From NCBI GenBank assembly GCA_052390235.1, contig JBQTHB010000003.1, positions 1-64,000 of the forward strand: a stretch of DNA of 64,000 bases. Direction: 5' to 3'. This document shows positions 8,827 through 19,679 of this stretch, in pieces. The position numbers and the translations under genes were made by a program. Origin of the DNA: Deltaproteobacteria bacterium (GTDB taxonomy: Bacteria > Desulfobacterota_D > UBA1144 > Nemesobacterales > CSP1-2). The notes beneath the pieces are model-generated. The model was given only the letters and a program-made list of their open reading frames with translations. It was not told where the DNA came from and did no database searches. Each line of letters starts with the position of its first letter. Position 1 is the stretch's first letter.

Positions 8827-11800
8827 ATGCAGAAAAAACCCGAAACCGCCGCCGCCGAGATACTCAGAGAACTCCTTAAGCGCAGGATTGTCATCCTCGA
8901 CGGAGCCATGGGGACGATGATTCAAAACCACAAGCTCGATGAAGCGGACTTCAGAGCTGAGAGGTTCAAAAATCACCCCAAGGAACTCAAAGGCAACAAC
9001 GACCTCTTAAACCTCACCCGCCCGGACATCATCGCCGGAATTCACCGCAAATACCTCGCCGCCGGCGCGGACATAATCGAAACCAACACGTTCAACAGCA
9101 CGAGCATCTCCCAAGCCGACTACCAGCTCCCTCACATCGCTTACGAGCTCAACGTCGCAGGAGCGAAAATCGCCCGCAAAGCCGCTGATGAACACGCCGC
9201 AAGAACCGGCAGAGCGGCTTTCGTTGCCGGCGCGCTGGGGCCAACGAACAAGACCCTCTCCATCTCGCCCGATGTGAACAACCCCGCATTTCGCTCGGTA
9301 ACGTTCAGGGAAATGGCAGATGCTTACTTGGAGCAGATTCGAGGTCTCGTGGACGGCGGGGCGGATATTCTGCTCGTTGAGACCACTTTTGACACGCTGA
9401 ACCTCAAAGCCGCAATTTTCGCTACTGAGAAATTTTTCGATGACTACCCAGTCCGCCTACCCTTGATGCTCTCGGTAACGATAACCGACGCCTCCGGCAG
9501 GACGCTCTCAGGGCAGACAGTCGAGGCGTTTTGGCATTCGGTGATGCACGCAAAGCCCCTTAGCGTGGGTATAAACTGCGCCCTTGGGGCTAAGGAGATG
9601 CGTCCATATATCGAAGAGCTGTCTAAAATTGCGGGCTGTTTCATCAGTTGCTACCCCAACGCCGGGCTTCCGAATCCGTTGAGCGAAACGGGGTACGATG
9701 AGATGCCGCGCGACACCTCCGCCCTGCTGGAGGAGTTTGCCAGAAGCGGATTTATCAATATCGTAGGCGGATGCTGCGGCACGACTCACGAGCATATCCA
9801 CTCGACAGCCGAGGCTGTGCGGGAAGCGCCCCCGCGCGCAATCCCCCATCTCCATCCAGCGACGAGGCTTAGTGGGCTTGAAGCGCTGAAAATCGAAGGC
9901 GACAATGCCCCTTTCATCATGATAGGAGAGCGGACAAACGTTACAGGCTCGCCTAAATTTGCGGGGCTGATAAAGGCGGAGGATTTCGAGGGAGCGCTTG
10001 CCGTGGCGAGACAGCAGGTCGAGAATGGGGCGAATATTATTGATGTGAACTTCGACGAGGCTCTCTTGGACGGGGAGGCGTGCATGAGAAAATTTCTCAA
10101 CCTCATCGCCTCCGAGCCTGATATATCGCGCGTCCCCGTGATGATAGACAGCTCCAAGTGGTCTGTCATAGAGGCGGGGCTTCAGTCAATTCAGGGCAAG
10201 TGCATTGTCAACTCTATTAGCCTCAAAGAGGGCGAGGCAAAATTTTTACAGCAGGCGCGCCTCGCCATGCGCTACGGGGCGGCGGCTGTCGTGATGGCGT
10301 TCGATGAAGCAGGGCAGGCGGCTGGGAAAACCGATAAAATCCGCATCTGCCAAAGGGCGTACAAGCTCCTCACCGAAGGGGCCGGTATGTCGCCCACAGA
10401 TATAATATTCGACCCTAACGTGCTTACCGTAGGCACGGGGATAGAAGAGCATAATAACTACGCCGTGGATTTTATTGAAGCCGTAAGAGAGATAAAAGCC
10501 TCCTGCCCGGGGGCGCGCACGAGCGGCGGCGTAAGCAACGTCTCGTTCTCCTTCAGGGGGAACAACCCCGTAAGAGAGGCTATGAACTCGGCTTTTCTCT
10601 ATCATGCCATCCGCGCTGGACTCGACATGGGAATCGTCAACGCCGGGATGCTCGCAGTATATGAGGACATCGAGGCGGAGCTTCTCGAACTTGTCGAGGA
10701 CGTTCTCCTAAACCGCCGCCCCGACGCCACTGAGCGTCTAATAGTGCACGCGGAAAAGGTCAAAAATAGTGGCGCTGCAAAGGTGCGAGACGAGAGAGAA
10801 TGGCGAGGCAGGGGGGTAGGCGAGCGCCTTAGCCACGCCCTCGTACACGGGATAACGGACTACATAGACGAGGACACAGAGCAGGCGCGCCAGATGTGCC
10901 AACGTACCCTCGACGTGATAGAGGGCCCCCTTATGGACGGGATGAAGATAGTGGGGGAACTGTTCGGGGCTGGGAAAATGTTTCTCCCGCAGGTCGTGAA
11001 GAGCGCGCGCGTAATGAAAAAAGCCGTTGCCTATCTTGAGCCTTTTATGGAGGCCGAAAAAGCGAGAAATCCGGCTCAATCCAGCGGCGGCTCTCAGGGA
11101 AAATTTGTCATTGCCACGGTCAAGGGCGATGTCCACGATATTGGGAAAAATATTGTCTCCGTCGTGCTTGCGTGCAACAATTTCGAGGTGATTGACTTAG
11201 GAGTGATGGTCTCCTGCGATAAGATTCTATCCACCGCCAGGGAACTAAACGCGGACATCGTCGGCATGAGCGGGCTTATCACGCCGTCGCTCGATGAGAT
11301 GTCTCATAACGCATCTGAAATGGAGCGTCAGGGGTTTAAAATCCCGCTTCTCATCGGAGGGGCTACTACAAGCAAGGCGCACACGGCTATTAAAATCGCC
11401 CCGCATTACGGGGGCGTCGTTGACCACGTTCAGGACGCATCGCTCGTCGTCGGGGTGTGCAGCGAACTTCTGAACCCGGAAAAGGCGAAACCTTACACGC
11501 AGAGACTGCGCCGCCAGCAGGAGGATTTGCGCCAAAAATACGCCGCCGGAAAGAATAAAAAGAGCTTTCTCACGATAGAAGAGGCGAGATTAAGGGGGTT
11601 TAAAACCGACTGGAGCAAGATAGAGATAGACACTCCAGGTTGGCTTGGGGTTCGGTTCTTCGGCGATATACCGCTTCGAGAAATCGTGCCGTACTTTGAT
11701 TGGTCGCCCTTTTTCTGGGCTTGGGAACTTAAGGGTCTCTATCCAAAAATCTTCGAGAACGAGAGATATGGCAGGCAGGCGCGGGAGCTGTTTAAGGACG

Positions 11801-12546
11801 CCCAGAGACTGCTCGGAGACATCGTCAACGAGGGGAGATTCCGGGCGCGGGCGGTCATGGGGTTTTGGAGGGCGGCGGGCGCGGGCGACGACGTTATTAT
11901 TTATTCGGATGATTCAGGGCGGGAGGTTTTAGATACCTTCCACTTCCTCCGCCAGCAAAGGGACAGAGGAGCCGAAGAGGGAATTTACCACTCCCTTGCC
12001 GATTTTATCGCCCCGCAAGACTGCGGGCGACGCGACTACATCGGGGCGTTCGCCGTAACCGCAGGGTTCGAGGTGGAGCAGGTCGCCGCATCCTTCAAAA
12101 ATAAGGGCGACGACTACTCGTCAATCATAGTAAAAGCCCTCGGAGACCGCTTTGCCGAAGCCCTAGCCGAGATGATGCACAAGCGGGCGCGGATAATCTG
12201 GGGCTACGGCAGGGGTGAGAGCGCGTCCGCCGAGGATTTAGTCCACGAGCGCTACAGGGGCATCCGTCCCGCTCCGGGGTATCCGGCGTGTCCAGACCAT
12301 ACGGAGAAAAAAACGCTCTGGGCTATCCTTGAGGCGGAATCCAAAACCGGAATTTCACTCACAGAGAATTTCGCAATGAACCCTCCAAGCTCGGTTTCCG
12401 GGTTTTATATCGCGCACCCGGAGGCGAAATATTTTGGTGTCGGCGAGATTGCCCGCGACCAGGTAGAGGATTACGCGCGCAGAAAGGGAATCGAGGTCGA
12501 GGAAGCCGAGCGGTGGCTTCAGCCGAATTTAGGCTACGAGAGGTAG
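8827..12546 (+). CDS. metH: B12-dependent methionine synthase
   Basis: [32 protein letters not shown] (B12-binding), [12 protein letters not shown]. Confidence 0.98.
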   Translation: MQKKPETAAAEILRELLKRRIVILDGAMGTMIQNHKLDEADFRAERFKNHPKELKGNNDLLNLTRPDIIAGIHRKYLAAGADIIETNTFNSTSISQADYQLPHIAYELNVAGAKIARKAADEHAARTGRAAFVAGALGPTNKTLSISPDVNNPAFRSVTFREMADAYLEQIRGLVDGGADILLVETTFDTLNLKAAIFATEKFFDDYPVRLPLMLSVTITDASGRTLSGQTVEAFWHSVMHAKPLSVGINCALGAKEMRPYIEELSKIAGCFISCYPNAGLPNPLSETGYDEMPRDTSALLEEFARSGFINIVGGCCGTTHEHIHSTAEAVREAPPRAIPHLHPATRLSGLEALKIEGDNAPFIMIGERTNVTGSPKFAGLIKAEDFEGALAVARQQVENGANIIDVNFDEALLDGEACMRKFLNLIASEPDISRVPVMIDSSKWSVIEAGLQSIQGKCIVNSISLKEGEAKFLQQARLAMRYGAAAVVMAFDEAGQAAGKTDKIRICQRAYKLLTEGAGMSPTDIIFDPNVLTVGTGIEEHNNYAVDFIEAVREIKASCPGARTSGGVSNVSFSFRGNNPVREAMNSAFLYHAIRAGLDMGIVNAGMLAVYEDIEAELLELVEDVLLNRRPDATERLIVHAEKVKNSGAAKVRDEREWRGRGVGERLSHALVHGITDYIDEDTEQARQMCQRTLDVIEGPLMDGMKIVGELFGAGKMFLPQVVKSARVMKKAVAYLEPFMEAEKARNPAQSSGGSQGKFVIATVKGDVHDIGKNIVSVVLACNNFEVIDLGVMVSCDKILSTARELNADIVGMSGLITPSLDEMSHNASEMERQGFKIPLLIGGATTSKAHTAIKIAPHYGGVVDHVQDASLVVGVCSELLNPEKAKPYTQRLRRQQEDLRQKYAAGKNKKSFLTIEEARLRGFKTDWSKIEIDTPGWLGVRFFGDIPLREIVPYFDWSPFFWAWELKGLYPKIFENERYGRQARELFKDAQRLLGDIVNEGRFRARAVMGFWRAAGAGDDVIIYSDDSGREVLDTFHFLRQQRDRGAEEGIYHSLADFIAPQDCGRRDYIGAFAVTAGFEVEQVAASFKNKGDDYSSIIVKALGDRFAEALAEMMHKRARIIWGYGRGESASAEDLVHERYRGIRPAPGYPACPDHTEKKTLWAILEAESKTGISLTENFAMNPPSSVSGFYIAHPEAKYFGVGEIARDQVEDYARRKGIEVEEAERWLQPNLGYER

Positions 12547-12601
12547 GGAAATATCTAGCGTGATTCGCTCAGGGGTTTCGGCAGCGCGGGGGCGGGCGGC
12601 T

Positions 12602-14242
12602 CTAGCCCACACTCTCTCTGGCCTCTAGCACTTTTCTCACGACGGCGTCAATGTTGTCCTCATCCACGAACGGCGAGAGTATATAGGATTTAAGCCCCAG
12701 CACAGGCTCGCCGTAGCTCGTGAGGCGGTAGCAATCGGTAAGGGAAATCATCACCCCTCTGCCCTGCATAGCCTCGTTGTGGACATAATCGGCGATGCGG
12801 CGGTTGTAGTCGTTGTGTTTCAAGAGGGACTGCCTAAATGCGGGGTCGGCAAGTTCCTGCTCTTTGATTTCAAACGTGTCAACGCCGTCCGGGTAGGCGC
12901 GAAAAATTGTAACCGCCCCGAAGTTGTCCCGATTCAGCACGGTTGTTGCGGAGTGTCCCTCAAGGTGTTCCCTGAGGAGTTGCGCCATCTCGACGATGTG
13001 TCCGAGAATCGCCTGCCAGCCCTTTTTGCCGAACAGCTTCAAATTGGCTATAGCCGCCATAGCTCCAGCGCCGCTGCGTGAAGTTTCAAGGGTGTACATT
13101 CCGGGGCGGTGTTCTCCGAATTGATATAGATAGGGCATATTTTCCTGACTTCTCATGAGGAGTTTTAGGTCATCACGGTTCTTAAACAGCACGAGGCTGG
13201 ATATGTAGGGCGTGAATCCGGTTTTATGGAAATCCACCCCGATGGAGTCGGCAAGGCGCAGATGGCGGATACGGTGGCACGCTCCGGCGAGGGCGCGAGC
13301 GGTTCTTGGGCGAAATCCGAGGGGGTTTGCCTCGAACTGATAGTCGTTAAAGACGCTCCAAGCCCAGCCAATGACCGCATCGGCGTGGATGTGAGGGCGG
13401 TAGGGGAGATTAAATTCCTCTGCCAATCTGTCGCGCAGTCGAGCCACCTCTTCTAGGTCGTCGAGTCCAAAGGCATCGGTAGTTCCCATGGTGCAGATAA
13501 AGCCCGCGATTTTTTTTCCCGCCTCTAGGGCGCGTCTCGCCTCGGCTTCTAGGATTTTGAGATTCATCTCGTTTCTCTGTGTCGTAGGTATCGTGATGAG
13601 ATTTTTTGAGCCGAGTCCCAGCCATCCGGCGATGTTGTAGCGGCAGTAGTGGCTCGCGTCGCTTGCGAAGATGACGGCATCGTCTCGAACCCCGTTCTCC
13701 ATAGCGTCGGGCAGGGCCTTTTCCACCCCCACTTTCATCGCGTAAAACGTCGTTCCGGTACCGCCGAAGGTGAAAACGCCGGAAGCCTTTTGGGAGTCGT
13801 ATCCCACCATCTCGGAGGTTATCGAGACGGCTTCAACCTCGGCGAGGGCGACTCTGTGGCTATATTCATCCCACGCGAGGTTGGGATTATACACCTCGGC
13901 AAGCATCATCCCCACGAGCGAGGCTATCGAGGGGGGCGGCACGACGTTAACCTGAGTGCGCGGATGCCCCCAAATCGTCATCCCTTCGAGATATTTCACG
14001 AGGGCATCGGTAACACTTTCAAGCGACTCCGGCTCTGCGTGTAGGCGCGCCCCTTGAGCTGAGGCGTAGTCGAGAGGCTCTCGTTTGCCGAGTATAGGAA
14101 GCTCGCTCTTTAAATCGTCAACCTTATCGAGAGCGCGCATCACCGTATAGACGACGTAAGAGTCGTGCACTTTATCGCTTATCGGCTGGGGGAAGGCGAG
14201 GCGTATTTTATTTAGAATATCGCGGTACGGCGCGGCAGACAT
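12602..14242 (-). CDS. Group II PLP-dependent amino acid decarboxylase
   Basis: GVFTFGGT, GTTDAFGLDDL, HIHADA, DFHK (PLP lysine); AGGAGG RBS before ATG 14242. Confidence 0.85.
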   Translation of the reverse strand: MSAAPYRDILNKIRLAFPQPISDKVHDSYVVYTVMRALDKVDDLKSELPILGKREPLDYASAQGARLHAEPESLESVTDALVKYLEGMTIWGHPRTQVNVVPPPSIASLVGMMLAEVYNPNLAWDEYSHRVALAEVEAVSITSEMVGYDSQKASGVFTFGGTGTTFYAMKVGVEKALPDAMENGVRDDAVIFASDASHYCRYNIAGWLGLGSKNLITIPTTQRNEMNLKILEAEARRALEAGKKIAGFICTMGTTDAFGLDDLEEVARLRDRLAEEFNLPYRPHIHADAVIGWAWSVFNDYQFEANPLGFRPRTARALAGACHRIRHLRLADSIGVDFHKTGFTPYISSLVLFKNRDDLKLLMRSQENMPYLYQFGEHRPGMYTLETSRSGAGAMAAIANLKLFGKKGWQAILGHIVEMAQLLREHLEGHSATTVLNRDNFGAVTIFRAYPDGVDTFEIKEQELADPAFRQSLLKHNDYNRRIADYVHNEAMQGRGVMISLTDCYRLTSYGEPVLGLKSYILSPFVDEDNIDAVVRKVLEARESVG

Positions 14243-14342
14243 GATCGCCTCCTCGGACGATGGAATTTCGAGACGAGGGGAATTATAGCCCAAAGCCCGG
14301 GCGCGGGCAAAGCCGATATTTGATTAGCGGAGAAATTGAGGG

Positions 14343-14377
14343 AAAAGGGCGGATAGGGGGGGTGCATCCGCCCTTTT
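14343..14377 (-). terminator. Bidirectional intrinsic terminator after the sigma factor gene
   Basis: AAAAGGGCGGAT...ATCCGCCCTTTT perfect 12-bp stem. Confidence 0.75.
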
Positions 14378-14383
14378 AGCGAA

Positions 14384-15496
14384 TTAAGGCTTAATAAAAT
14401 CTCTGAGGAGCATTCCGACTTCGAGTTCTCTGAGCTTTTTAAGGGCGCGCCGCTCGATTTGCCTGATTCTCTCACGGGTGAGCTTATAGCGGCTCCCGAT
14501 TTGGTCAAGCGTGTAGGATTCGTCATAGCCTATGCCGAAGCGCATCATAATTATATCCCTCTCCCTCTCGCCAAGGCTGGATAGGGCTTCTTCCAGTTTT
14601 TTATTCATGGTTATATTCGCAATGAGGGCTTCGGTCGAGAGTCCGGTGTCGGGGATAAAATCTATGAGCGAATTTTTATCCTCCTCTAAGCCAACCCCGG
14701 GAGCGTCAATATAGACCATATTAGTCGAGGTTGCGTTTATCACTTTTTTAACCTTCTTCACGCTGAATCCCGATTGCATTGCGACCTCCTCAATATTGGG
14801 AATCTCGCCGCTTTCGTTTTTGAGCATCGTCGTGGTTTTATAGACCTTGCTCGCCTGCTCGAGGACTCTTATCGGCACTCTGATAACTCTGGTCTGGTCG
14901 AAAATTGCGCGCGAGATGCTTTGAATTATCCACCACGAGGCGTAGGTTGAGAATCTGTACCCTCTGGTGTGGTCGAACTTTTCTACTGCTTTGATGAGTC
15001 CCACATTGCCCTCCTGAATGAGGTCGGCAAGGGGAAGCCCTCTGCCTAAGTACTTCTTCGCTATGCTCACGACGAGCCTCAGATTGGCGCTGACAAAGCG
15101 GTCTTTAGAGGACTTAGCCCTTGCGCAATAAGCGTCGAATAGTTGAACTATTCTCTGGTGCTTGAGGGCGTACCCGTCGAAGCGGCGCGCAGAGGACTGG
15201 GCTTCATTAGCCGCCACGAGCGATTTTATTTGCCGGGCTTTGGCTTCGTATTTTTTTATTTTAATTGAAAGCTCTGCCTCGTCCCGCTGAGTGAGGAGAG
15301 TCTCCGTACCTACTTCCCTGAAATAGGTCTGCAGGAGGCGATAGTCCTCTTCGGCAACCGCGGTATGGCTCTGGGGGGCGGGGCTGTCGTCTCTTGCAGG
15401 GGATACCTCATCGTGGGCGACGGTATGAGCGTCTTCTTGCATGAAGGGGTCAATCGAGAAAAGGTCAATTGCTTCGGCTAGTTGAGTGTGTTCCAT
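14384..15496 (-). CDS. Sigma-70 family factor, RpoD/RpoS-like (group 2, no region 1.1)
   Basis: ANLRLVVSIAKKY, DLIQEGNVGL, RFSTYASWWI, LTRERIRQIE; 370 aa. Confidence 0.92.
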   Translation of the reverse strand: MEHTQLAEAIDLFSIDPFMQEDAHTVAHDEVSPARDDSPAPQSHTAVAEEDYRLLQTYFREVGTETLLTQRDEAELSIKIKKYEAKARQIKSLVAANEAQSSARRFDGYALKHQRIVQLFDAYCARAKSSKDRFVSANLRLVVSIAKKYLGRGLPLADLIQEGNVGLIKAVEKFDHTRGYRFSTYASWWIIQSISRAIFDQTRVIRVPIRVLEQASKVYKTTTMLKNESGEIPNIEEVAMQSGFSVKKVKKVINATSTNMVYIDAPGVGLEEDKNSLIDFIPDTGLSTEALIANITMNKKLEEALSSLGERERDIIMMRFGIGYDESYTLDQIGSRYKLTRERIRQIERRALKKLRELEVGMLLRDFIKP

Positions 15497-15523
15497 CTGT
15501 TCATTACCTCCACTCGGATAATG

Positions 15524-15540
15524 AGCAATATTTGTGCCAG
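15524..15540 (-). promoter_or_regulatory. sigma-54 (-24/-12) promoter of the sigma-70 gene
   Basis: Minus strand reads CTGGCACAAATATTGCT, matching the TGGCAC-N5-TTGC consensus. Confidence 0.75.
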
Positions 15541-15556
15541 AGGCTGAATAGGTATT

Positions 15557-15569
15557 TAATTAATTGATA
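15557..15569 (-). promoter_or_regulatory. IHF-like binding site
   Basis: Minus strand TATCAATTAATTA matches WATCAA-N4-TTR, immediately upstream of the -24 box. Confidence 0.5.
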
Positions 15570-15818
15570 TTATTGAATATTTTACCCCCCCCAGGCTCTA
15601 GTTAGACAACTTATGACACTTCGCAACCGGCTCTTGACAAAATTTGTTTAACGCTGCGAGATGGAATCAGGGGAAAATCCGGCCATCGGCGAGCGCGCTG
15701 GAAAATTTTGCCGCCTGATATTGAGGGTTTATAAGCAGTTGCACAAAAACGGATTGACAAGAAATCTATTTCGAGTATATATAACACCTTATCTGTTCTT
15801 AACGGGAGGATTATTCAG

Positions 15819-16019
15819 ATGACTGTGAAGAGGATTTGTTGGGATTGCCCCAACACGCCGGTTCATGAATGGAACATCGTATCTGAGGCGAACAGCAGAG
15901 AAGGCCATTTGATTACGATACGGTGCCCGCACTGCAAAAAAGAATCGAGAGTGTTCGGGTGGATGACGGGTTGTGAGTGCAATTCGTGCAAGTCTCAGAT
16001 AATTGGCGCGGCAAAGTAG
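15819..16019 (+). CDS. Small Cys-rich putative metal-binding protein (66 aa)
   Basis: GGGAGG RBS, upstream TTGACA at 15754; CWDC, CPHC and CECNSC motifs. Confidence 0.7.
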   Translation: MTVKRICWDCPNTPVHEWNIVSEANSREGHLITIRCPHCKKESRVFGWMTGCECNSCKSQIIGAAK

Positions 16020-16125
16020 CGCATACATCCGAGAGTGCGTCTCATTGGGCTGATGCAGAATAGATATGAGCCTCGGTTTGTGTTGAGCGAGCCGCAATTG
16101 CCAAGAATTGGGTAAATCTCAGGTA

Positions 16126-17046
16126 ATGAAAATTCTAATCACAGGTGGAGCCGGGTTCATCGGCTCGTGGGTTGCCGAAGCCTTCATCGCCGAAGGGCAT
16201 GAGGTTTTAGTCCTAGATAACCTCACGAGCGGCAGGGAGGCGAACATCCCCAGCGAGGCGGAGTTCGTAAAGGGGGATATACGCGAGGCGAGCTTGCTTG
16301 AGGGTATCTTCTCCTCGTTTAAGCCCGATGTAGTCAGCCACCACGCCGCTCAGATAGACGTCAGGCTCTCCGTGGAAAATCCCGTGTTTGACGCTGAGAC
16401 CAATATCCTCGGCTCAATTAACCTAATTGAACTGTCGAAGAGGCAGGGGGTGAAAAAATTCATCTTCGCCTCAACCGGAGGCGCAATTTACGGCGAGCCT
16501 GAGAATCTCCCCGCCGGCGAGAGTGCCTATCCTGCCCCGATATCACCTTACGGGGTCTCCAAATATTCGGTAGAAAAATACCTCGGCTACTACGGAGCCG
16601 TGTTCGGATTCAATTACACCGCGCTCAGATATTCAAATGTTTATGGGCCCCGGCAAAACCCCGAGGGAGAGGCTGGAGTGGTCGCAATTTTCTGCAATAG
16701 AGTCCTATCCGGCGTCCCCTGCCGCATCTTCGGCGACGGCGAGCAGACGCGCGATTACGTTTTCGTGGGGGACGTAGCAAGGGCAAATTTAATGAGCCTG
16801 GGCGCGCCCGCCGGAAGCTATAACATCGGAACCGGGGTTGAGACCTCAGTCAACGAATTAGCCAGAGTGCTAAGGGATAAATCAGGCGTTAATTTCATGA
16901 CGGAATACGCCGATGCGAGAGCGGGCGAGGTACTGAGGATTTCCCTCGATGCGTCGCGCGCCGAAGAGGTATTTGGCTGGTCTCCGTCGGTAGCTTTTGA
17001 AGAGGGGATACGGCGGACTTGGGCGTGGTTTAGCAAGGGCGCGTGA
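16126..17046 (+). CDS. NAD-dependent epimerase (UDP-glucose 4-epimerase-like)
   Basis: GGAGFIG, STGGAIYG, YGVSK, RYSNVYGPRQ. Confidence 0.92.
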   Translation: MKILITGGAGFIGSWVAEAFIAEGHEVLVLDNLTSGREANIPSEAEFVKGDIREASLLEGIFSSFKPDVVSHHAAQIDVRLSVENPVFDAETNILGSINLIELSKRQGVKKFIFASTGGAIYGEPENLPAGESAYPAPISPYGVSKYSVEKYLGYYGAVFGFNYTALRYSNVYGPRQNPEGEAGVVAIFCNRVLSGVPCRIFGDGEQTRDYVFVGDVARANLMSLGAPAGSYNIGTGVETSVNELARVLRDKSGVNFMTEYADARAGEVLRISLDASRAEEVFGWSPSVAFEEGIRRTWAWFSKGA

Positions 17047-17232
17047 TTGTATCCATCGGGATAAACCGCCGAGCCAGAGCAGTGTATTCCCACCTAACCT
17101 GCGCCAACAGCGGCGCTCAATTTTCCATTATGGCAATAGGCGGATTCGAATAGCTTATTCCTAACCTCGCGGGCGGATTGCGAAGTTTGGGCTAAGCGGG
17201 TATCATTTGTGGATTGACTGGAGGAGTAGAGA

Positions 17233-17433
17233 ATGAAAAGGTTTGATTTAGATAGTAGAGTCGTAGAGCGCAGGCTCAGAGAAGGGGCGCTCAATAGGGA
17301 AGAATACGAGGCTTATCTGGCAGCGCTTCCCGACGTATCCGAGAAATCGTGCCCCCTTACGGCAAACGGACAAGTGGTAAGCGACCAAGATTTCAGCGAG
17401 ATTAAAACCGACACTCAGGAAGAAGATAAATGA
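17233..17433 (+). CDS. Small hypothetical protein
   Basis: GGAGGAG RBS; 4-nt overlap with the next ORF; YLAALPDV motif. Confidence 0.65.
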   Translation: MKRFDLDSRVVERRLREGALNREEYEAYLAALPDVSEKSCPLTANGQVVSDQDFSEIKTDTQEEDK

Positions 17434-17642
17434 ATTGGGACTACAAAGTAATTTCACTGGACGAACTATTCCCTGAACACACGGATCACGACATAGCAGT
17501 ATCGAGGCAGGCGGCGTCGAGCAGGAGGGGAAAACTCGGCGGAGGGCTTGAGAATAAGCTCAAGGAACTCGGCGCTGATGGATGGGAGTTGATAACCATA
17601 GCCGGGGAATTCAGCGTTTTTAAAAGACCGGCAGCGAGCTAA
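17430..17642 (+). CDS. DUF4177-like small protein
   Basis: WDYKV...LKELGADGWELI...FKRP signature. Confidence 0.75.
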   Translation: MNWDYKVISLDELFPEHTDHDIAVSRQAASSRRGKLGGGLENKLKELGADGWELITIAGEFSVFKRPAAS

Positions 17643-17768
17643 GAGCGCTTCCGCCCTTTTTTTGAAAATAGCCCGCCCCCCTGCGAATGAATGCCGCCGA
17701 GAGCCGCCCCCTGTCTCCCGGAGCAGTTCCATCGAGAGGGCAATACATATATAAGCGCCGGCTCCATC

Positions 17769-18821
17769 ATGATTTTCTCCTCACGCAGACTGATAGCTCT
17801 ATACGTTTTTCTATTTATCGCATTCCTGTCCACCCCGGGCTTTTGCGTAAAACTTGCGGTTGAGGTGGGAGAGCCGCTCTTGGGCAGAGAAATCCCCCAG
17901 GTGCGAGACTCGATAATATCCAAAGCCCTTCAAAGCGCCATGGACAGAGCCTTGGGCGAGGGAAAGGCCCCGAAAATCAGCCCTGAGGATACCTCTAAAT
18001 TCATAAAGGGCTACAAAATTCTGGAAGAAACCCTAGAGGGCGAGCAGTATAAAATGACAGTTGAGGTCAATATTGACTCCCGCCGCCTAAAAAAGAGGCT
18101 GGACCAGCTCATAGCCGAGGATTCAAAGAAATCCCCTCCGAAACCCTCCATATATTTAAATTTTACCGAATCCCCAGGGAGCGATCTGCTAGTAAAAATG
18201 ATTGCCGTCGAGGAGATTCAAAGAAACATCTCCATCGCCCTCATCGGCTCCGGGTATCTGCTGAAGGATAGGGTCGAAGACGCCGATGCGAGTATCGAAA
18301 TCTCGATGGGAGTCAGTATCGCCGACGGCTACATTAGAAGGGTATCCTACGTAACCTTAGGGACAATAGAAATCAAAGCCTCTCTTGGCGCAGAGCAGAT
18401 AGCAGACATCAAAGAGACCTCGCGGCGCGCCGGCGCAGACCCGATACAAGGCGGAATTGAGGCGCTGAGAATCTCGGAAGCGGCGGCTATGAAAAAGCTC
18501 AAACTGGCGATGCAGAGCCTGACCCTAGCTCCTCAGCCTAGCGATGAAACGGCAACATCGGGGGTTGAGATTCTCGTCAAAGGGGTTAGAAATTTCAGGC
18601 ACTTCGAGCGCATTGACGAGGTCATCGCTGGCTCAATTGCCGGAATCGAGGTTGAAAAGCGAGTTTTCAGCCGCGGCGGAAACGTGCTTTTCACCGTATC
18701 ATCGAGGTTAGAGCCCGGGAGCATAGCCAGGGCAATCGAGCGGCTCATGCCCGGCGAGATGAAACTCGAAACCGGCGGCGATACCGGCATTGTATTTGGA
18801 GTTTCAGCAAGGAAAAAGTAG
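17769..18821 (+). CDS. Exported hypothetical protein (FlgT-N/LPP20-like N-terminal domain)
   Basis: Hydrophobic signal peptide; ALQSAM...FIKGYKILEE...YKMTVEVNID pattern; start uncertain. Confidence 0.55.
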   Translation: MIFSSRRLIALYVFLFIAFLSTPGFCVKLAVEVGEPLLGREIPQVRDSIISKALQSAMDRALGEGKAPKISPEDTSKFIKGYKILEETLEGEQYKMTVEVNIDSRRLKKRLDQLIAEDSKKSPPKPSIYLNFTESPGSDLLVKMIAVEEIQRNISIALIGSGYLLKDRVEDADASIEISMGVSIADGYIRRVSYVTLGTIEIKASLGAEQIADIKETSRRAGADPIQGGIEALRISEAAAMKKLKLAMQSLTLAPQPSDETATSGVEILVKGVRNFRHFERIDEVIAGSIAGIEVEKRVFSRGGNVLFTVSSRLEPGSIARAIERLMPGEMKLETGGDTGIVFGVSARKK

Positions 18822-18833
18822 GCGGGATTAGAA

Positions 18834-19664
18834 ATGGAAATCGCCCTTATCACAAGCGTATGGAGGTTTGCAGCCACGGCTTTTGGTATGGGTATATTCA
18901 TTTGGATTGAGATTTTCTCCCAGCTGCGCACCCCGAAAGAGTCGAGAATAAGGCACTATTTGAGGAATCTGTCCCTCGGACTCGGCAACGGACTCGCCCT
19001 TCACATAGCCGCAGGAGGCGCTATTGCTGCCTACTACAGCGCTCTTGCCGAAAACGGACTCGGCATCTTAAACGCGCTCGGAGTTGGGTCGGCTGGCAAT
19101 GTACTGTTATCGTTTGTTTTCCTAGATTTTATAACCTACGCATGGCACAGGGCGTATCACAAAATCCCCGTTCTGTGGCGTATTCACAGAGTGCATCACA
19201 GCGACTTAGACCTCGATGTTACGAGCGCGTCTAGGTTTCACATCACTGAGATTGCGCTCTCGTCGGCGCTGAAAATGCTAGTTGGGCTTCTGTGGGGGCC
19301 AAGCGCCCTAGCCCTTGTCGTACACGAAACCCTGCTTGGGGCGGCGGCTCAGTTTCATCACTCGAACATACGCCTGCCGGAGCGCTGGGAGTCCCGGCTG
19401 CGGCGAGTCGTAGTTACGCCCAAGATGCACCACATCCACCACTCAAACGTCATCGGCGAGACGAACTCGAACTACTCGAATTTCCTCTCGATTTGGGACA
19501 CGCTCTTCGGCACTCGCGTGAACTTAGAAGACGAGAATAGAATCATCTACGGGCTTTGGGAGTATCCAGAAATTGAGGACGTAACGCTTCGCAAGATGCT
19601 CCTAATGCCGCTTGACCCCCCGTGCGGCGATGACAGAAGGGGCGATGGGAGGGGCGCGGGCTGA
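18834..19664 (+). CDS. Sterol desaturase / fatty acid hydroxylase family protein
   Basis: His boxes HRAYH, HRVHHS and HHIHHS; WDTLFGT. Confidence 0.9.
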   Translation: MEIALITSVWRFAATAFGMGIFIWIEIFSQLRTPKESRIRHYLRNLSLGLGNGLALHIAAGGAIAAYYSALAENGLGILNALGVGSAGNVLLSFVFLDFITYAWHRAYHKIPVLWRIHRVHHSDLDLDVTSASRFHITEIALSSALKMLVGLLWGPSALALVVHETLLGAAAQFHHSNIRLPERWESRLRRVVVTPKMHHIHHSNVIGETNSNYSNFLSIWDTLFGTRVNLEDENRIIYGLWEYPEIEDVTLRKMLLMPLDPPCGDDRRGDGRGAG

Positions 19665-19679
19665 GCGATAGCCAAGTCC

